From Thermoanaerobaculia bacterium (GTDB taxonomy: Bacteria; Acidobacteriota; Thermoanaerobaculia; Multivoradales; Multivoraceae): a DNA stretch of 64,000 nucleotides. A program made the position numbers and the translations under genes. Positions 60,960 through 64,000 of the stretch are shown in pieces. Each line of letters begins with the position of its first letter. Position 1 is the stretch's first letter. The notes below the pieces were generated by a model. It was given only the letters and a program-made list of their open reading frames with translations, did no database searches and was not told the origin of the DNA. The DNA is taken from positions 3,520,001 to 3,584,000 of the forward strand of contig OY762911.1 in assembly GCA_963666565.1 (NCBI GenBank), written 5' to 3'.

Positions 60960-62005
60960 GCGCGTTGCGGCGCTTCTTCGGCGAACGCATCCCCATCGCC
61001 CCCGGCGACCTGCGCGAACTGACGAACGAGCCGGTCCCCTGGCACCTCAAGCGCTGGTGGTTCGCTCTCGGCGGCACGCCCGCCTACCTGTTCGTCGTTC
61101 AGGTCGTCACCGGCATCCTGCTCGCGTTCTACTACCAGCCCCACCCGTCGACCGCCTGGGAATCGGTCCGCTTCGTCACCGAAGAGGCCGCGTTCGGCTG
61201 GTATCTCCGAAGCGTCCACAAGTGGGCGGCGACGCTGATGATCGCCGCCGTCGTGCTGCACCAGATGCGGGTCTACTTCACCGGCGCCTACCGCAAGCCG
61301 CGGGAACTGAACTGGATGGTGGGCATGCTGCTCCTCGTCTGCACGCTGATGCTCGGCTTCACCGGCTACAGCCTGGCGTTCGAGCAACTGAGCTACTGGG
61401 GCGCCACGGTGTCCGCCAACATCGCCGACACGGTCCCGCTGGCTGGCGGCTTCCTCAAGCGCATGCTGCTCGCCGGCGAGGCCTACAACGAGCGCACCCT
61501 GGCCCGCTTCTTCGTCCTCCACGCCGCGGTTCTGCCGGGTTTCCTGGTCGCGCTGATCGCCGTGCATATCGCGCTCGTGCGGCTTCAGGGGGTCACCGAA
61601 CTCCGGTTCCGGGACGAACCGCCGGGCGAAGACCGCAAGTTCCCCTTCATCCCCGACCATCTCTACACCGAACTGATCGTCGGTCTGGTGCTGATGGTCG
61701 CGCTCAGCGCCCTGGCAACGCTGGCGCCGGCCACCATGGGCCCGATCGCCGACCCCCTGACCACGCCGGAGGAGATCAAGCCGGAGTGGTACTTCTACGT
61801 CACCTTTCGCTGGCTCAAGCTGATGGGCGGCACCGCGGCGGTGCTCAGCATGGGCCTGATCGTCTTCGTCATGTTCGCGTGGCCGTTCATCGACGCCCGG
61901 TTCCGGTGCCGCGCCCGCCTGAGAGAGGCGAGCGTCTGGATCGGAGTGGCGGCGACGCTCCTGATCGTCGGGATGACGATCTGGGAAGCCGTGGCGCCGC
62001 ATTGA
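60956..62005 (+). CDS. Cytochrome b subunit of a Rieske/cytochrome b complex
   Basis: SVHKW...VLHQMR, FTGYSL, SYWG, VLH...VH, KPEWYF. The GTG start overlaps the Rieske stop. Confidence 0.92.
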   Translation: MSALRRFFGERIPIAPGDLRELTNEPVPWHLKRWWFALGGTPAYLFVVQVVTGILLAFYYQPHPSTAWESVRFVTEEAAFGWYLRSVHKWAATLMIAAVVLHQMRVYFTGAYRKPRELNWMVGMLLLVCTLMLGFTGYSLAFEQLSYWGATVSANIADTVPLAGGFLKRMLLAGEAYNERTLARFFVLHAAVLPGFLVALIAVHIALVRLQGVTELRFRDEPPGEDRKFPFIPDHLYTELIVGLVLMVALSALATLAPATMGPIADPLTTPEEIKPEWYFYVTFRWLKLMGGTAAVLSMGLIVFVMFAWPFIDARFRCRARLREASVWIGVAATLLIVGMTIWEAVAPH

Positions 62006-62027
62006 GCGACCTGGAGGACCGTTCGCC

Positions 62028-63677
62028 ATGACTCTGGAAACGAAACGCATCGTCATCGGAAGCCTGGGCGCCCTGTTCCTGATCTCCCTGGTCTTCGTCC
62101 AGCGGCTGGAGACGATCCGCCGCGCCGAGGAAGCGGGCCTCCGTCCCGCGCGCGTCGCGGCGCCGGCGAGTTCCGCCGCCTGCGTGGAATGCCACCGGGA
62201 GGCGAACCCGGGGATCGTCGAGCACTGGCGCGGGAGCACGCACGCGGAGAAGGGCGTCGGCTGTGTCGAGTGCCACCGGGCGGTCGCGGAGGACGCGGAC
62301 AGCCACCGCCACTACGGCTTCACGATCGCCACCGTCGTCACGCCCCGCGACTGCGCGGCGTGCCACCCCGCCGAGGCCGACGAGTTCGCCCACAGCCACC
62401 ACGCCAGGGGCGGCGACATTCTGGCTTCGCTCGACAACTTCCTGGCCGAGACGGTCGAGGGCGCCACCCAACCGTTCGACCCGCACTCGCCGACGCCGGG
62501 CCGGCCGACGGCGCCCGTGAACGGCATGGCGAGCGCCTTCCTGGGCTGTCTCCAGTGCCACGGCTCGAAGGTCGGCCTGCAGGCGACCGACGGCGGCACG
62601 GTCACCGTGGACGACCTGCGGCCGGACGAGAACGGCCTGCCCACCGACGCCGAGACTCTCGACCGCATCCTGCGCAACCAGGACGGACGGCCGCTGTTCG
62701 ACCCCGGCACCTGGCCCAACACGGGCATCGGCCGGCTGAACCTGGACGGCTCGCGCGGTTCCTGCGGCGCCTGCCACAGCCGCCACGACTTCTCGCCGCG
62801 GCGCGCGCGCCAGCCCGAGAACTGCGGCAAGTGCCACCTCGGCCCCGACCATCCGCAGAAGGAGATCTACGAGGAGTCCAAGCACGGCGTGGCCTACCGC
62901 GACCTGCGCGACGCGATGAACCTCGACGCCGAGGACTGGGTGCTCGGCGAGGACTACAGCGCCGCTCCCACCTGCGCTACCTGCCACATGTCGGGCCACA
63001 CCCGCAACGACGGCCGGATCACCCACGACCCCGGCCGGCGCATCTCGTGGACGAACCGGCCGCCGGTCAGCCTGCCGATGGACACCGACGCCGAGCACCG
63101 GATCGTCACCGCCGCCGATCCGGCCGAGCGGCGCGAACGGATCGCCGACACCGCCGAGGCCAAGCGGTCGCGCATGAAGGAGGTCTGCTCCCACTGCCAC
63201 ACGCCGGACTACGTCAACGCCTTCTACCGTCAGTACGACGACTTCGTGACCCTCTACAACGAGAAGTTCGCCAAGCCGGGACGGGCGATCATGGCCGCCC
63301 TGCTCGAACAGGGCCTCCGCAGCCCGACCCAGTTCGACGAGGAGATCGAGTGGACCTGGTTCTACCTCTGGCACCACGAAGGCCGCCGCGCCCGCCACGG
63401 CGCCTCGATGATGGCGCCGGACTACGCGCATTGGCACGGCATGTTCGAGGTAGCGGAACGCTTCTACATGGAGCTGATCCCGCAGGCGCGCGAACTCGCC
63501 GACCACGCCGCGGCCGCGGGCCGCAACCGGCAGGCCGGGGCCGTACGGAACGTCATCGACTCCATCCTCGCCCGGCCCGAACACGCCTGGTTCGAAGGCG
63601 GCGCGGAAGCCGAGTCGTCCCGCATCCGCGAGGCGATGGCGGAGCGCTACGGAGGGTCGCCCGGCGAACCGCCCTAG
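62028..63677 (+). CDS. Membrane-anchored octaheme cytochrome c, hydroxylamine oxidoreductase (HAO)-like
   Basis: Eight CxxCH motifs (CVECH x2, CAACH, CLQCH, CGACH, CGKCH, CATCH, CSHCH); GPDHPQKEIYEESKHG; WHHEGRRARHGASMMAPDYAHWHG. Confidence 0.88.
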   Translation: MTLETKRIVIGSLGALFLISLVFVQRLETIRRAEEAGLRPARVAAPASSAACVECHREANPGIVEHWRGSTHAEKGVGCVECHRAVAEDADSHRHYGFTIATVVTPRDCAACHPAEADEFAHSHHARGGDILASLDNFLAETVEGATQPFDPHSPTPGRPTAPVNGMASAFLGCLQCHGSKVGLQATDGGTVTVDDLRPDENGLPTDAETLDRILRNQDGRPLFDPGTWPNTGIGRLNLDGSRGSCGACHSRHDFSPRRARQPENCGKCHLGPDHPQKEIYEESKHGVAYRDLRDAMNLDAEDWVLGEDYSAAPTCATCHMSGHTRNDGRITHDPGRRISWTNRPPVSLPMDTDAEHRIVTAADPAERRERIADTAEAKRSRMKEVCSHCHTPDYVNAFYRQYDDFVTLYNEKFAKPGRAIMAALLEQGLRSPTQFDEEIEWTWFYLWHHEGRRARHGASMMAPDYAHWHGMFEVAERFYMELIPQARELADHAAAAGRNRQAGAVRNVIDSILARPEHAWFEGGAEAESSRIREAMAERYGGSPGEPP

Positions 63678-63751
63678 GCTCACGGCGATCCGAATGGTCA
63701 ACCGGGAGGCCAAGCCTGCTTCGACCTGTGCCCTCTGCTACGGTCGCCGTC

Positions 63752-64000
63752 ATGAGTGAGCTCGGGAGTCCACCGCTCGGGACCGCCGGGGAAACGGAGC
63801 TACGCACGAACGACACGACCTGCTTCGAGGTCTTCAGGCGGTGTGCAAACGCCGTAGACGTCGGCGAACTCATCCGGTCCGTCAGCGCTCGAGACAAGGA
63901 GTTCCACTTCCAGAACTGGTTCCGAACCCGGCTCGAACAGACCGGTACGCACTTCGACGAAGGAGGGCGTAACAGCTACCCCGACTTCACCATGGTCGAA
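63752..64000 (+). CDS. Hypothetical protein, possible PD-(D/E)XK endonuclease; 3' end truncated by the window edge
   Basis: Open frame MSELG...DKEFHFQNWFRTRL...GRNSYPDFTMVE running to the window end; appears lower in GC than the flanking genes. Confidence 0.55.
   Translation, partial: MSELGSPPLGTAGETELRTNDTTCFEVFRRCANAVDVGELIRSVSARDKEFHFQNWFRTRLEQTGTHFDEGGRNSYPDFTMVE

Overview
Very GC-rich, densely coding bacterial chromosomal window. The gene content (Planctomycete-type cytochrome c/DUF1501/DUF1553 proteins, sulfatase, ACIII subunits, Rpn remnant) suggests an Acidobacteriota-like organism, but this is an inference. Main blocks: (1) 6.2-20.8 kb, a minus-strand BREX-related/restriction-like defence locus made of an HTH-SNF2 helicase-DUF3883 nuclease, a DUF1156 DNA methyltransferase and a DUF499 ATPase. 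It is interleaved with a retropepsin-like protease, an ATP-dependent RNA ligase, a disarmed Rpn gene whose C-terminal antitoxin-like part looks independently expressed, and a secreted amidohydrolase. A palindromic operator candidate lies upstream. (2) amtB and a DUF1553/DUF1501 pair. (3) 32.8-42.0 kb, a respiratory cluster with only actC-actD-actF of alternative complex III, two amicyanin-like type-1 copper proteins, and an A1-type heme-copper oxidase lacking the K-pathway lysine. (4) tcuA, an SDR, pyrR-pyrB-pyrC and smc. (5) A cytochrome c-copper monooxygenase fusion, a GbsR-regulated RND pump, a Rieske/cytochrome b/octaheme HAO-like operon, and a truncated putative nuclease at the right edge. 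A REP family and a MITE-like inverted-repeat element are also present. No tRNA, rRNA, CRISPR array, integrase or intact transposase was recognised. All family assignments come from motif recognition by eye; no database search was run.
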